Made by a program: the position numbers and the translations under genes. A DNA stretch of 35,183 nt from NCBI GenBank assembly GCA_045532715.1, contig JAZSGM010000163.1, positions 1 through 35,183 on the forward strand, written 5' to 3'. Origin of the DNA: Clostridia bacterium. Its GTDB lineage: Bacteria; Bacillota; Clostridia; UBA1381; UMGS1253. Below are positions 18,501 through 27,164 of the stretch, piece by piece (within the stretch, counting starts at the first letter, position 1; each line of letters opens with the position of its first letter). A model generated the notes under the pieces. The model did no database searches, had not been told where the DNA came from, and saw only the letters and a list, made by a program, of their open reading frames with translations.

Positions 18501-19641
18501 GGAAATCGGCGGCAGAACGCTCATTCCGCTCCGTGCACTTGTAGAAGCGCTCGGTAAGCAGGTGTTCTGGGACGACAGAGGTCTCATTCTTATTACGGAT
18601 AAGCCGGTAGATTATGAAGCGGATAAGATTAACAAAATTATTGATTTGTTAGACATTCGTGTACAGGCGGACGGCAAGGAAATCAAGTTCTTTGACAGTG
18701 AAGTATATAACTACAATGTAGAAATTGCCAAGGGCGCTGCTGTCCCGACACTTTCGGTGCTTTCCGATAAGGAAGCAGTCGTAGTGCAGGGAAATCCGGC
18801 AACCGCCACAATTGACGGCAAGACCTATACCTTCAATTTTGTGGAAAATGCATTTGAAGGCTTGATTGGTACGGGCTCGGAGAATATTGTAAAGAAGCTG
18901 AAAGCAGAGGTTGTCGTTGACGGCGCACTGCCGCAATATCAGACCTACTTAAGCATTGCAAGCGCTAAAAGCTCAATCGAGTGGACAGAGGAAAAGTACC
19001 CGATGACCGGTACCTACGACGGCATTATCAGCAATGCAACGGTTAACCGCTGGTCGGCAGATGGCGAAGGCAGTTGGATTATGTACGACCTCGGCAAAGC
19101 ACAGAATCTGCACTCGATTGCGATTGCAGGCTACAGAGCAATCTCGCGTTCGTACGAATTCAGAATCGAAACTTCTGTAGACGGCGAAAACTGGCAGACA
19201 ATCCATGAAAAGGCCAGCACTACGAGCGGCGTGGACCACGATGTGTATTCGCTTGGCGATGTGAATGCGCGCTATGTGCGTATCACCGGTCTTTCTGCAA
19301 CCGATACGACTTGGATTGGTATAAACGAGGTGCGTATTTACGAAAGTGCACAGATGGAAGCAGATGACCAGAGTGCGTGGAACCTGTACTTCTACACAGA
19401 TTCGATTAACGCCAAGGCGGGCAGCACGCTGCAGCTCGCTGTTACGGGCGAAAATGCAAGCGGTATGACTGTTCCGGTTGCACTGTCCGATGTCGTATTT
19501 ACAAGCGATAATCCTTCGGTTGCAAGTGTGGATGCAAACGGTGTTGTAACGCTGCATAAGGCTGGCAGCACAAAGCTTCGTGCAGTCTATGAACTGCTCG
19601 GCATTCGCGCTGAAGCGGAAATCCCGGTATTGGCAGAATAA
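15535..19641 (+). CDS. Secreted multi-domain heparinase II/III-superfamily lyase-like protein, paralog 4
   Basis: Same architecture as paralog 1. Motifs HPRIF, NWCQVCNG, DGAYAEPLGYWDYG, HANLDAGGFVLD. Start at 15535 or 15541. Confidence 0.85.
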   Translation: MQMRGKWFKGIGVLLCTVMLLTLCAPMGFAIVRDPKEEFATGEAVVFMNLDFENEKVGAKYTYKSTGFDTGAITSEARFYVEEDTDGNNVLKAYHGNPTADGATARSPRVEKTLQAKGLTNLKIEFDLKSSGGASFMNFSIAEATENKVIRSIKVPTEFKEWTHVEVLMLQSDAGTNTFTAQVYINGEAYGDEYSVELGDREAFRVRYGTKVELDGSWLMFDNFKLSTTDKNIGGMFGIDGNTINWDEFEMTDEKTGLADVMRKTHPRIFVTDWQGIRDRIQTDENMKAWADTVIAFADSHLNTSPVEYTINVRGNINEDSTEFKDRVVPIAAAYCITGDTRYKDRVYKEMVAIGNWPDWGAAAWLCTAHILYAYGVCYDWLYNDFTPEQREELVGYVRDQGFKESVLAYECKGPSHTWVDGGNAKTNWCQVCNGSNLVAAIAFADELPEIADYIYAKVAKVLPPSLQEISADGAYAEPLGYWDYGVRHLVKAMAALDSCVEDGKSIPACLDFKNVRGVNNTSDFPIYYNGTNGAFSYGDGVTKLVYSPSMFYFANKYNKPQYAWYPLNMMDNNPNAAPFDAKNAAHALVWYNPDNVQGGDLPLDKFYSSDEPLGANGISMRSSFTDNEALVVMARGGDETAAHANLDAGGFVLDWAGKRWVHMYGRLDGWGISGSVYSWPNYHTKREKNGRYQYYHTRGEANNTIIANPQQDMPDMNYQYYAQLVRSESGENTAFGIIDMTDTNKDYTDAKRGFMLTDNRSRLVIQDEIKANKPSEFYWFANTHAEITLAEDGKSALLEYDGDKMLVRITQGPADACLGIMQTRPLPTSPNPDVQIKIDEHKLFVHTQNAQTLNLTVEFVPLAEGEGIPAPLPVQPLASWSTNGSSAKTTSQTLGDVVALKVDNPNAYAKGAKTYVDTSNLDIKPIVQNGRTLVPVRFISENIGATVGWDDATQTVSIKTKAKSISLQLGSDQMIVDGKAITLDVPAQEIGGRTLIPLRALVEALGKQVFWDDRGLILITDKPVDYEADKINKIIDLLDIRVQADGKEIKFFDSEVYNYNVEIAKGAAVPTLSVLSDKEAVVVQGNPATATIDGKTYTFNFVENAFEGLIGTGSENIVKKLKAEVVVDGALPQYQTYLSIASAKSSIEWTEEKYPMTGTYDGIISNATVNRWSADGEGSWIMYDLGKAQNLHSIAIAGYRAISRSYEFRIETSVDGENWQTIHEKASTTSGVDHDVYSLGDVNARYVRITGLSATDTTWIGINEVRIYESAQMEADDQSAWNLYFYTDSINAKAGSTLQLAVTGENASGMTVPVALSDVVFTSDNPSVASVDANGVVTLHKAGSTKLRAVYELLGIRAEAEIPVLAE

Positions 19642-19654
19642 ATAATTTATATGG

Positions 19655-19685
19655 GAAAAAGTCACTTGAAAAAGTGACTTTTTTC
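19655..19685 (+). terminator. Intrinsic terminator after lyase 4
   Basis: AAAAAGTCACTT-GAAA-AAGTGACTTTTTT. Confidence 0.85.
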
Positions 19686-19867
19686 TATGTACGGAAAAAT
19701 GCAGAAGTGATATAATTATTTTGATTGAACAAAAGGACATAAACCTTGCAAAAATGTCTTTTCGGGCACTTGCGGAAATGATATAAATGTAGTACAATGG
19801 AACTATGTGAGGCTACAAAAGTATACAAACCGTTTACGAAAGTACTAGAAATAAGGAATATGGTCTA

Positions 19868-19896
19868 TTGACTTCAATTTTTACGGATGTTATAAT
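19868..19896 (+). promoter_or_regulatory. Sigma-A-type promoter for lyase 5
   Basis: TTGACT (19868-19873), 17 nt, TATAAT (19891-19896), with TG extension. Confidence 0.7.
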
Positions 19897-19978
19897 TATA
19901 TGTTGATGAAAAATCTGTACATTTATATACAAAATGATAAAAAATGTATGTTTTTTAAAATTATTATAAAAGGAGTGT

Positions 19979-22900
19979 ATGAAAATGAAAGGAAAGTGGA
20001 TGAGAAGCATCAGCGTGCTTATAAGCATGGTTATGCTTCTGGCGCTTTGCTCGCCGCTTGCACTTGCGGCAGACGATGGCGTGCTTGTGCTGATGGACTT
20101 GGATTTTGAATCCTATGCCACAGGTGCAAAACCACCGAAGAAGACGGACGGCTTTGACGGAACAAACAGCGCTGTAACGGATGTAGCGCGTATGTTTGTG
20201 GAAAAGGATGAGGATGGGAACCAGGTATTAAAGTGTTACCACGGTAACCCGACCGGTGCGGACGAAAAGAAGCGCAGTCCGCGTCTTGAGAAGACCTTTT
20301 CTTTGGAAGGGCTTACGAATATGACCATCAGCTACCGCGTAAAATCGAGCGGCGGCAATTCATCGGCAACGATTGGCTTTATGGAAGCAGATTCCAACAC
20401 AGCAATCGGTTGGTCGGCAGCACCGCACAACTTTAAGGAATGGACAAGTATTGAGGTTCATGTGGACTTTAAGAATGGTACCTCGCAGGTCTATGTGGAC
20501 GACCAAAAGCAGGGCGATGCAAGAAGCATCGACTTTGAAGGCAAAGAAAAGTTTTCCCTGCGCCTCGGTTCTTCGGTAGACATCGACGGTAGCTGGGTTA
20601 TGATTGATGATTTTAAGGTTACTACAACGGACAAGGACTATAAAATCGGCGGTCAGATTAAGGAACTCGACACACCGTTTAACGAAAAAGATATGTTGCC
20701 GGAAAGCGGTGATTTATTAACGATTGTAAATGAAAACTTTGAAAACCAGACGATTGGCAAGGCACCGGCAATGAATCCGGCAGGTGGCTTTACCGGCAGT
20801 GCAATCAATTCTGCGGCTCGTATGTATGTCGAGCAGGATACGGACGGAAACAAGATTCTTCGTGCTTACCACGGTGAGCCGAATACGCCGAATGCGGCAA
20901 AGCGCACACCGCGTGTCGATCGTGCACTTCCGCTCGATGGCTTAAAAACGCTGACCATTGATTTGGATATGAAAAACAGCGGTGGCTTGACGGGCTTCCC
21001 AAGTATTAATATTGTGCATGAAAGCGAAAACAGCCCGACCTATATGAGCACCTTCCCGTCAGCAAATACGACGGATTGGATTCATGTAAAAATCCGTTGT
21101 GACTTGGTTAGCGGCAAGGCGAAGGTTTATGTAGACGGCAAACTGCATTCTGAAAGAAATATCAATCTGCAGGGTGCGACCTCGGCGCGCCTGCGCATCA
21201 ACTGCGGCGTGGAAACGGACGGCAGCTGGTCTGCAATTGACAATGTGGTTGTTACCACACCGGATACGGATATCGGCGGCCTTGTCAGCATCGACGGTAC
21301 GACTGTGAACTGGGACAAGCTCGTCATCGGCGAGGAAGACAGAACCGGCATGGACGATGTGATGCTTCACTCGCATCCGCGTATTTATGTAACGGATTGG
21401 CAGGCAATTAAAGATAAGATTGCTACGGATGAAAACGCCGCTTACTGGTACAGTGTTATCATCAGGGACGCGGATGCTATGCTGCAAAGAGAGCCGGTTG
21501 GGTATTACAGAAATTTAAGAAATAACATTAACGACTGTTCGACGGACTTTAAAGACAGCATCATTCCGGTCGCAGCTGCGTACTGCTTAACCGGTGATGT
21601 GCGTTATAAGGACAGAGTGTATCAGGAGCTTGAAAATGTTGGCAATTGGCCGGATTGGGGCGCAGATGCATGGCTGTGTACGGCGCATATTAACCTTGCG
21701 TTCGCGCTGTGCTACGACTGGATGTATAACGACTGGACCGAAGAGGAAAGAGCAAACATTTTAGGCTGGCTGGATAAGCACGGCCTGCGCGAAGCTGTAC
21801 TTGCATACGAAGGCTACGGCTCTTCCACCGGTTGGAGAACCGGCTCGAACAACTGGAATAACGTATGTAACGGCTCGAATATGGTTTTAGCGCTTGCCGT
21901 ATATGACGAGCGTCCGGATGTAGCGGAATATATCATCCGCAATGCCGGGGAAGGCCTGCCGCATTCCTTCCAGGAAATTTCCGCCGACGGCGCGTATGCG
22001 GAGCCGCTCGGCTATTGGGACTACGGTGTGCGCCATCAGGTGAAGGCAATGGCTGCGCTCGACAGCGTGCTTGCACCGGGCAAGAGCCTGCCGGAATTCC
22101 TTGATTTTAAGGATGTGCGCGGCTTGGATAAGACCTGCGATTTCCCGATTTACTACAACGGTATCACGGGTGCATTTAACTACGGCGACGCGGCAAATGC
22201 TTTGGTAGATTCGCCGATTATGTTCTATCTTGCAAATAAATACAGCAAGCCGGAATATGCATGGTATCCAATCAATTTGAGAGACACGAATCAGCTTGTC
22301 AACACCATGCGCGGTAAAAATGCTGCATTCTCGCTTTTGTGGTATGACCCGAGCAATATGGCAGCAGGCGATTTGGCGCTCGACAAGTTCTATTCGTCCA
22401 CGGAGCAGTACGGCGCAAACGGCATCTCGATGCGTTCAAGCTTTGCGGATAATGATGCACTTGTTTTAATGATGCATGCAGGTGACGCGACGGCTTCGCA
22501 CTCTGCACTTGATGCCGGCGGCTTTGTGCTTGACTGGGCAGGTAAGCGTTGGGTGTACATGCACGGCAGAGCGCCGGTGCCGAACATTCCGGGCGGTACA
22601 TATTCCTGGCCGAACTTCCACACCCATTCGGAAACCGGCGGTCACTTTTCTTACTATCATTGCCGCGGTGAGGGAAATAATACGATTATCGCAAACCCGA
22701 AGCCGGATGTGGCGGATATGAATTATCAGTACTATGCTGATGTTATCCGCTCTGAGAGCGGCACCAATACGGCATACGGTATCATAAATATGACCGATAC
22801 AAACCATGATTACACAGACGCAAAGCGCGGCGTTATGATGACAGGCAACCGCGATGTGATTGTCCTGCAGGATGAAATTACTGCAAAGGCAGCGTCCGAG

Positions 22901-24685
22901 TATTATTGGTTTGCAAATATGAACGCAGAAATTACCATCGCGCCGGACGGTAAGAGCGCGCTTTTGGAGTATGACGGTGACAAGATGCTCGTGCGTATCA
23001 CGCAGGGTCCGGCAGAAGCAAAGCTTGACATTATGCCGACACAGCCGCTGCCGACTTCTCCGGATCCGGAAATTCAGCCGGATATTCCGGGACACAAGCT
23101 GTTTATCCATGTAACCAATCAGCAAACGCTCAATCTGACGGTTGAATTTGTACCGCTTAAGGAAGGCGAGGGCATCCCGGCACCGCAGCCGGTGAAGGCG
23201 CTTGCAGACTGGAGCGTAGATGAGGGTACGCAGAAGACAACAAGCCAGACGCTTAACGATGTCGTTGCACTCAAGGTGGATAACCCGAACGCATTTGCGC
23301 GCGGTGCAAAGACATATGTAGATACAAACAACTTAGACATTAAGCCGCTTGTACAAAACGGCAGAACCCTCGTTCCGGTACGCTTTATTTCCGAAAACAT
23401 CGGTGCAAACGTATCGTGGGACGATGCAACACAGACCGTCGGTATCAAGACCAAGGCAAAGCACATTACCTTGCAGCTTGGCTCGGATCAGATGATGGTT
23501 GACGGCAATGCAGTCACCCTCGATGTGCCGGCGCAGGAAATCGGCGGCAGAACACTTATTCCGCTCCGTGCACTTGTTGAAGCGCTCGGCAAGGAAGTGT
23601 TCTGGGATGACAGAGGACTTATCCTTATCACAGATGATCCGGTAACCTACGACGCAGAAAAGATTAACAAAATCATTGATTTGTTAGACATTCGCGTACA
23701 GGCGGACGGTAAGGAAATCAAGTTCTTCGACAGCGAAGTATACGACTACAATGTGGAAATCGCCAAGGGTGCAGCAGCACCGGCAATTTCGGTTATCTCC
23801 GCCAAGGAAGCGGTTGTAACGCAGGGCAACCCGGCGACCGTGACGGTGGACGGCAAGACCTACACCTTCAACTTCGTGGAAAACGCATTTGAAGGCGTGC
23901 TCGGTACAGGCTCGGAAGGCATTGCAAAGACGCTGCTCGTTACCGTGAAGAACGCAGGTGCGCTGCCGACCTACCAGACCTATTTGGATATTGCTTCTGC
24001 ATCCAGTTCGATTGACTGGTCGGATAAGTATCCGATGACAGGTACCTATGACGGCATCATCAACGATGAAACGCAGAACCGCTGGTCTGCAAACGGCATC
24101 GGCAACTTTGTGCTCTACGACCTCGGTGCGGTGAAGAATCTGCACTCGGTAGCCATTTCCGGCTATAAGGCACTTTCGAGAAGCTACAAATTCGACATTG
24201 AGGTGTCGACGGACGGTGTAAATTATACAAAGGTTTGCACAGAAGTGCCTACAACGCTCGGTGTGGACAGAAATGTGTTTAAGATGGGCGATGTGCCGGC
24301 GCGCTTCGTTCGCGTAACGGCGACGTATTCGTCCAACTCCACATGGGTCGGTATTTCCGAAATCCGCTTCTATGACAGCGCGCAGATGGAGGCAGACGAC
24401 CAGGGCGCATGGAATCATTACTTCTATACAAGCTCGATTAACGCGATGGTTGGTCAGCAGATGCAGCTTGTGGTTGAAGGTAAGAGCAAAAACGGCAACT
24501 TCGTAGCGGTGAACATTACGGATGTGAAGTTTACTTCCGACGATCCGGAGGTTGCAAGCGTGGATGCAAACGGTATTGTAACCTTAAAGAAGGTTGGTAC
24601 AACAACGCTGCGTGCAGAGTATGAAAGCTTCGGCGTAAAGACCTACTCTACGGTTGCGGTCAATGTTGAGCCGTTTGTAGAATAG
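19979..24685 (+). CDS. Secreted multi-domain heparinase II/III-superfamily lyase-like protein, paralog 5 (two N-terminal jelly-roll modules)
   Basis: Signal peptide ends in ALA. Two tandem modules (LDFE...YHGNP...RSPRLE...IDDF and ENFE...YHGEP...RTPRVD...IDNV). Catalytic motifs HPRIY, NNWNNVCNG, HSALDAGG. Same C-terminal modules as paralog 1. Confidence 0.85.
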   Translation: MKMKGKWMRSISVLISMVMLLALCSPLALAADDGVLVLMDLDFESYATGAKPPKKTDGFDGTNSAVTDVARMFVEKDEDGNQVLKCYHGNPTGADEKKRSPRLEKTFSLEGLTNMTISYRVKSSGGNSSATIGFMEADSNTAIGWSAAPHNFKEWTSIEVHVDFKNGTSQVYVDDQKQGDARSIDFEGKEKFSLRLGSSVDIDGSWVMIDDFKVTTTDKDYKIGGQIKELDTPFNEKDMLPESGDLLTIVNENFENQTIGKAPAMNPAGGFTGSAINSAARMYVEQDTDGNKILRAYHGEPNTPNAAKRTPRVDRALPLDGLKTLTIDLDMKNSGGLTGFPSINIVHESENSPTYMSTFPSANTTDWIHVKIRCDLVSGKAKVYVDGKLHSERNINLQGATSARLRINCGVETDGSWSAIDNVVVTTPDTDIGGLVSIDGTTVNWDKLVIGEEDRTGMDDVMLHSHPRIYVTDWQAIKDKIATDENAAYWYSVIIRDADAMLQREPVGYYRNLRNNINDCSTDFKDSIIPVAAAYCLTGDVRYKDRVYQELENVGNWPDWGADAWLCTAHINLAFALCYDWMYNDWTEEERANILGWLDKHGLREAVLAYEGYGSSTGWRTGSNNWNNVCNGSNMVLALAVYDERPDVAEYIIRNAGEGLPHSFQEISADGAYAEPLGYWDYGVRHQVKAMAALDSVLAPGKSLPEFLDFKDVRGLDKTCDFPIYYNGITGAFNYGDAANALVDSPIMFYLANKYSKPEYAWYPINLRDTNQLVNTMRGKNAAFSLLWYDPSNMAAGDLALDKFYSSTEQYGANGISMRSSFADNDALVLMMHAGDATASHSALDAGGFVLDWAGKRWVYMHGRAPVPNIPGGTYSWPNFHTHSETGGHFSYYHCRGEGNNTIIANPKPDVADMNYQYYADVIRSESGTNTAYGIINMTDTNHDYTDAKRGVMMTGNRDVIVLQDEITAKAASEYYWFANMNAEITIAPDGKSALLEYDGDKMLVRITQGPAEAKLDIMPTQPLPTSPDPEIQPDIPGHKLFIHVTNQQTLNLTVEFVPLKEGEGIPAPQPVKALADWSVDEGTQKTTSQTLNDVVALKVDNPNAFARGAKTYVDTNNLDIKPLVQNGRTLVPVRFISENIGANVSWDDATQTVGIKTKAKHITLQLGSDQMMVDGNAVTLDVPAQEIGGRTLIPLRALVEALGKEVFWDDRGLILITDDPVTYDAEKINKIIDLLDIRVQADGKEIKFFDSEVYDYNVEIAKGAAAPAISVISAKEAVVTQGNPATVTVDGKTYTFNFVENAFEGVLGTGSEGIAKTLLVTVKNAGALPTYQTYLDIASASSSIDWSDKYPMTGTYDGIINDETQNRWSANGIGNFVLYDLGAVKNLHSVAISGYKALSRSYKFDIEVSTDGVNYTKVCTEVPTTLGVDRNVFKMGDVPARFVRVTATYSSNSTWVGISEIRFYDSAQMEADDQGAWNHYFYTSSINAMVGQQMQLVVEGKSKNGNFVAVNITDVKFTSDDPEVASVDANGIVTLKKVGTTTLRAEYESFGVKTYSTVAVNVEPFVE

Positions 24686-24697
24686 TTCAACAAAAAT

Positions 24698-24727
24698 GAA
24701 AACACCTTTCTCCGGAAAGGTGTTTTC
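24698..24727 (+). terminator. Intrinsic terminator after lyase 5
   Basis: GAAAACACCTTTC-TCCG-GAAAGGTGTTTTC. Confidence 0.85.
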
Positions 24728-24781
24728 TTATGTACATTTGAAAAGAGATGTGCTATACTATAGAAAAAGGGGTGTGAAAAA

Positions 24782-25432
24782 ATGCGTAATGAAGTAATAG
24801 AAGCAATAGAAAAGGAAAAATTAATTGTTATTGTCCGCGGGGTGGAAAAAGAAAAGCTTTTGCCGCTTTGTGAGGCAATGTATGCAGGCGGTATCCGCCT
24901 TCTGGAAATTACCTATGATGCATCCGGCAAGGTAACGAGCGAGGAAACGGCGGAAAACATCCGTATGCTGTCAGAGGCGTTTGCAGGCAGAATGTACATC
25001 GGTGCAGGTACGGTGCTGACCGAAGCACAAGTAGAGCTTACCAAAAATGCCGGCGGCAGCTTTATCATTTCGCCGAACACGAAGGAAGCGGTCATCAAAA
25101 AGACGGTCGGGCTGGGTATGGTTTCCATGCCGGGCGCACTTACGCCGACGGAAATTGAAGCTGCGCACGAGTACGGCGCAGATTTTGTGAAGCTTTTCCC
25201 GATTACGAGCTTCGGCCCGGACTATGTAAAAGCAGTGAAAGCACCGCTTAGCCACATTAAGCTGACCGCGGTGGGCGGCATCAATGAGGAAAATATGCCG
25301 GTATACTTAAAGGCAGGTGTGTCCGGCTTCGGCATCGGCACCAATATTGTCAATAAAAAGCTGGTTGAGCAGGAAGACTGGACTGCGATTACCGCGCTTG
25401 CAAAAAGGTATGTTGCGGCGACAGAGGCGTGA
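24782..25432 (+). CDS. eda: 2-keto-3-deoxy-6-phosphogluconate / KHG aldolase
   Basis: Motifs IVIVRG, GGIRLLEIT, IGAGTVL, FIISP, PGALTPTEI, VKLFP (Schiff-base Lys) and AVGGI. Confidence 0.93.
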   Translation: MRNEVIEAIEKEKLIVIVRGVEKEKLLPLCEAMYAGGIRLLEITYDASGKVTSEETAENIRMLSEAFAGRMYIGAGTVLTEAQVELTKNAGGSFIISPNTKEAVIKKTVGLGMVSMPGALTPTEIEAAHEYGADFVKLFPITSFGPDYVKAVKAPLSHIKLTAVGGINEENMPVYLKAGVSGFGIGTNIVNKKLVEQEDWTAITALAKRYVAATEA

Positions 25433-25483
25433 GTGTATGGCGTTACAGATGGTTTGGTACGAAAATGTTTCGTTGGGATATTC

Positions 25484-25512
25484 TTGACATTTGCGATTTC
25501 GACTGATATCCT
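25484..25512 (+). promoter_or_regulatory. Promoter for the ceramidase-like gene
   Basis: TTGACA (25484-25489), 17 nt, TATCCT (25507-25512), with TG extension. The -10 lies in the first copy of a tandem repeat. Confidence 0.55.
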
Positions 25513-25544
25513 AAAGGCATATCCTAAAGGCATATCCTAAAGGC
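25506..25544 (+). repeat. Perfect 13-bp tandem repeat, three copies (ATATCCTAAAGGC)
   Basis: Copies at 25506-25518, 25519-25531 and 25532-25544. Confidence 0.95.
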
Positions 25545-25567
25545 AAAATCATACAGGGGGCATCACA

Positions 25568-26914
25568 ATGGAAAACTATACAAATTGCAACATTAAATGC
25601 GGTTTTTACGAGTTGGATATTACACCCTTTCTGGGCGAACATATTCCGGGCTATTCAAGTATCCGCATTGCAGACGGCGTAAAAAGCAAGCTTTCGGTGA
25701 AAGCACTTGCGGTAGGTCATAGCGAGGTGGAGACTGTAATTATTGCTATTGACGGCATTCGTACAACGACGGAGATTTGCGATGGTATTTACAGGCGCGT
25801 GCTGGAGCTTGTGGGTGTTGCGCAGGAAAAAATCCTGGTTGCTGCTACGCACAATCATACTGCGGCGACGTATTTTGATAACAAAATTCAAAAAGAGGAC
25901 CCGTTTTATACACAGTTTTTAATTCGTCGTGGCGCGGATTGCGCTGTAATGGCAATAAAGGCGATGGAGGAGGGAACCATTCGCTATGGTTGCGGAAAGA
26001 CGGAGAACGTGGCGTTTATCCGCAACTATCGACTCAAGGACGGCGCAATCCGAACCAATCCGGGCGTTTTAAATCCGGAGATTGTAGCGCCGATCGGGCA
26101 ACCGGATGAGGATTTTCCTTTTATGCTGTTTTATAACAAAGACGGAAAGCCGCTCGGTGCACTAAGTAGTTTTTCACTCCATCACGATACAGTAACCGGC
26201 ACAGAGTACTGCGCAGACTTTTCCGGTGCACTTGCAGACGAATTAAAACAAGCGTACGGTCGGGATTTTGTCAGCGTGTTTCTTGCCGGATTTTGCGGCA
26301 ATGTAAACCATATCAACGTAAATCTGCCGGTGGAGGAATGGGAGCGCCCGGTTTATTTGCATATCGGCAAGACGTTATCTCGCGTATTACAAGAAAATGT
26401 GCCGCAGGCACGCAAGATGGAAACAACCGTGGTGCGCTCGGCAAAACGCACATTCGAAATCGAACAAAGAAAGGTTTCTCCGGAAAAGCTTGAGGAGGCA
26501 AAAGAATTATTAAAATTAGATCCTGCCACCTTGGGCAAGCCGCTCGGCAAATATCCTGAGTCGCCGGCGTTTAAACGCGCAAAGGCGCCCGTGCTCATTG
26601 ATTACGCGAAAACGCAGGATAAGCCCTGTACAGTGGTTATTCAGGCAATCCGCATCGGCGACTGTATAATTTATGCACTCTGCGGCGAAATCTATGTAGA
26701 ATTCCAGCACTACCTTAAGGAAAATTCGCCTGCGACATTTAATATGTTTTCGTCTTTATCCAACGGTAGTTTCTATGGCTATTTGCCTACGCAGGATATG
26801 TACGAGGTGGAGACGCTTTATGAAGCTCAGCTGCCCTCTGCAAAATTGAAAAAGGGTAGCGGTGAATTTCTCGTAGAGCAACTGGTAGAGATGGCAAAGG
26901 TGCTTATGAAATGA
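25568..26914 (+). CDS. Neutral/alkaline ceramidase-like putative metallo-amidohydrolase
   Basis: Motifs DITP...GY, ILVAATHNHTA, HHDT, ADFSG, GFCGNVNH, GEIYVE and NGSFYGYLPT are typical of the neutral ceramidase N-terminal-like family. No signal peptide. Confidence 0.7.
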   Translation: MENYTNCNIKCGFYELDITPFLGEHIPGYSSIRIADGVKSKLSVKALAVGHSEVETVIIAIDGIRTTTEICDGIYRRVLELVGVAQEKILVAATHNHTAATYFDNKIQKEDPFYTQFLIRRGADCAVMAIKAMEEGTIRYGCGKTENVAFIRNYRLKDGAIRTNPGVLNPEIVAPIGQPDEDFPFMLFYNKDGKPLGALSSFSLHHDTVTGTEYCADFSGALADELKQAYGRDFVSVFLAGFCGNVNHINVNLPVEEWERPVYLHIGKTLSRVLQENVPQARKMETTVVRSAKRTFEIEQRKVSPEKLEEAKELLKLDPATLGKPLGKYPESPAFKRAKAPVLIDYAKTQDKPCTVVIQAIRIGDCIIYALCGEIYVEFQHYLKENSPATFNMFSSLSNGSFYGYLPTQDMYEVETLYEAQLPSAKLKKGSGEFLVEQLVEMAKVLMK

Positions 26915-26921
26915 ATGATGC

Positions 26922-26949
26922 AAAGCAGTGGCACAGGCTACTGCTTTTT
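26922..26949 (+). terminator. Intrinsic terminator
   Basis: AAAGCAGTGGC-ACAG-GCTACTGCTTTTT. Confidence 0.75.
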
Positions 26950-27000
26950 GCTTTGGCAGAATAGTGCAAAAAGTTAGCTGAATGATGCTATGTGTTTTTA

Positions 27001-27113
27001 TTGCAATTTGCACAATGCAGTGTTAAAATCAAATTAAGTGTTTGTGCAGGTTACAAAATGACATAAAAAAGTGATTTTTTTACATTGCATTTTATGCGCG
27101 TACCTTGTAAAAT
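27001..27113 (+). promoter_or_regulatory. Two candidate sigma-A promoters for lyase 6
   Basis: TTGCAA-17-TAAAAT (27001-27029, TG-extended) and TTGCAT-17-TAAAAT (27085-27113). Confidence 0.5.
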
Positions 27114-27164
27114 TAAAGTAATCAATGTAGGGTGAAATAGAATCTGAACAGGAGAGTGATAGGT

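Noticed and set aside
18230-23900. Recent gene conversion between the C-terminal cassettes of paralogs 4 and 5
   Set aside because: The proteins are very similar, but the stretches compared by eye show frequent synonymous differences, which fits purifying selection better. A formal recombination test was not run.
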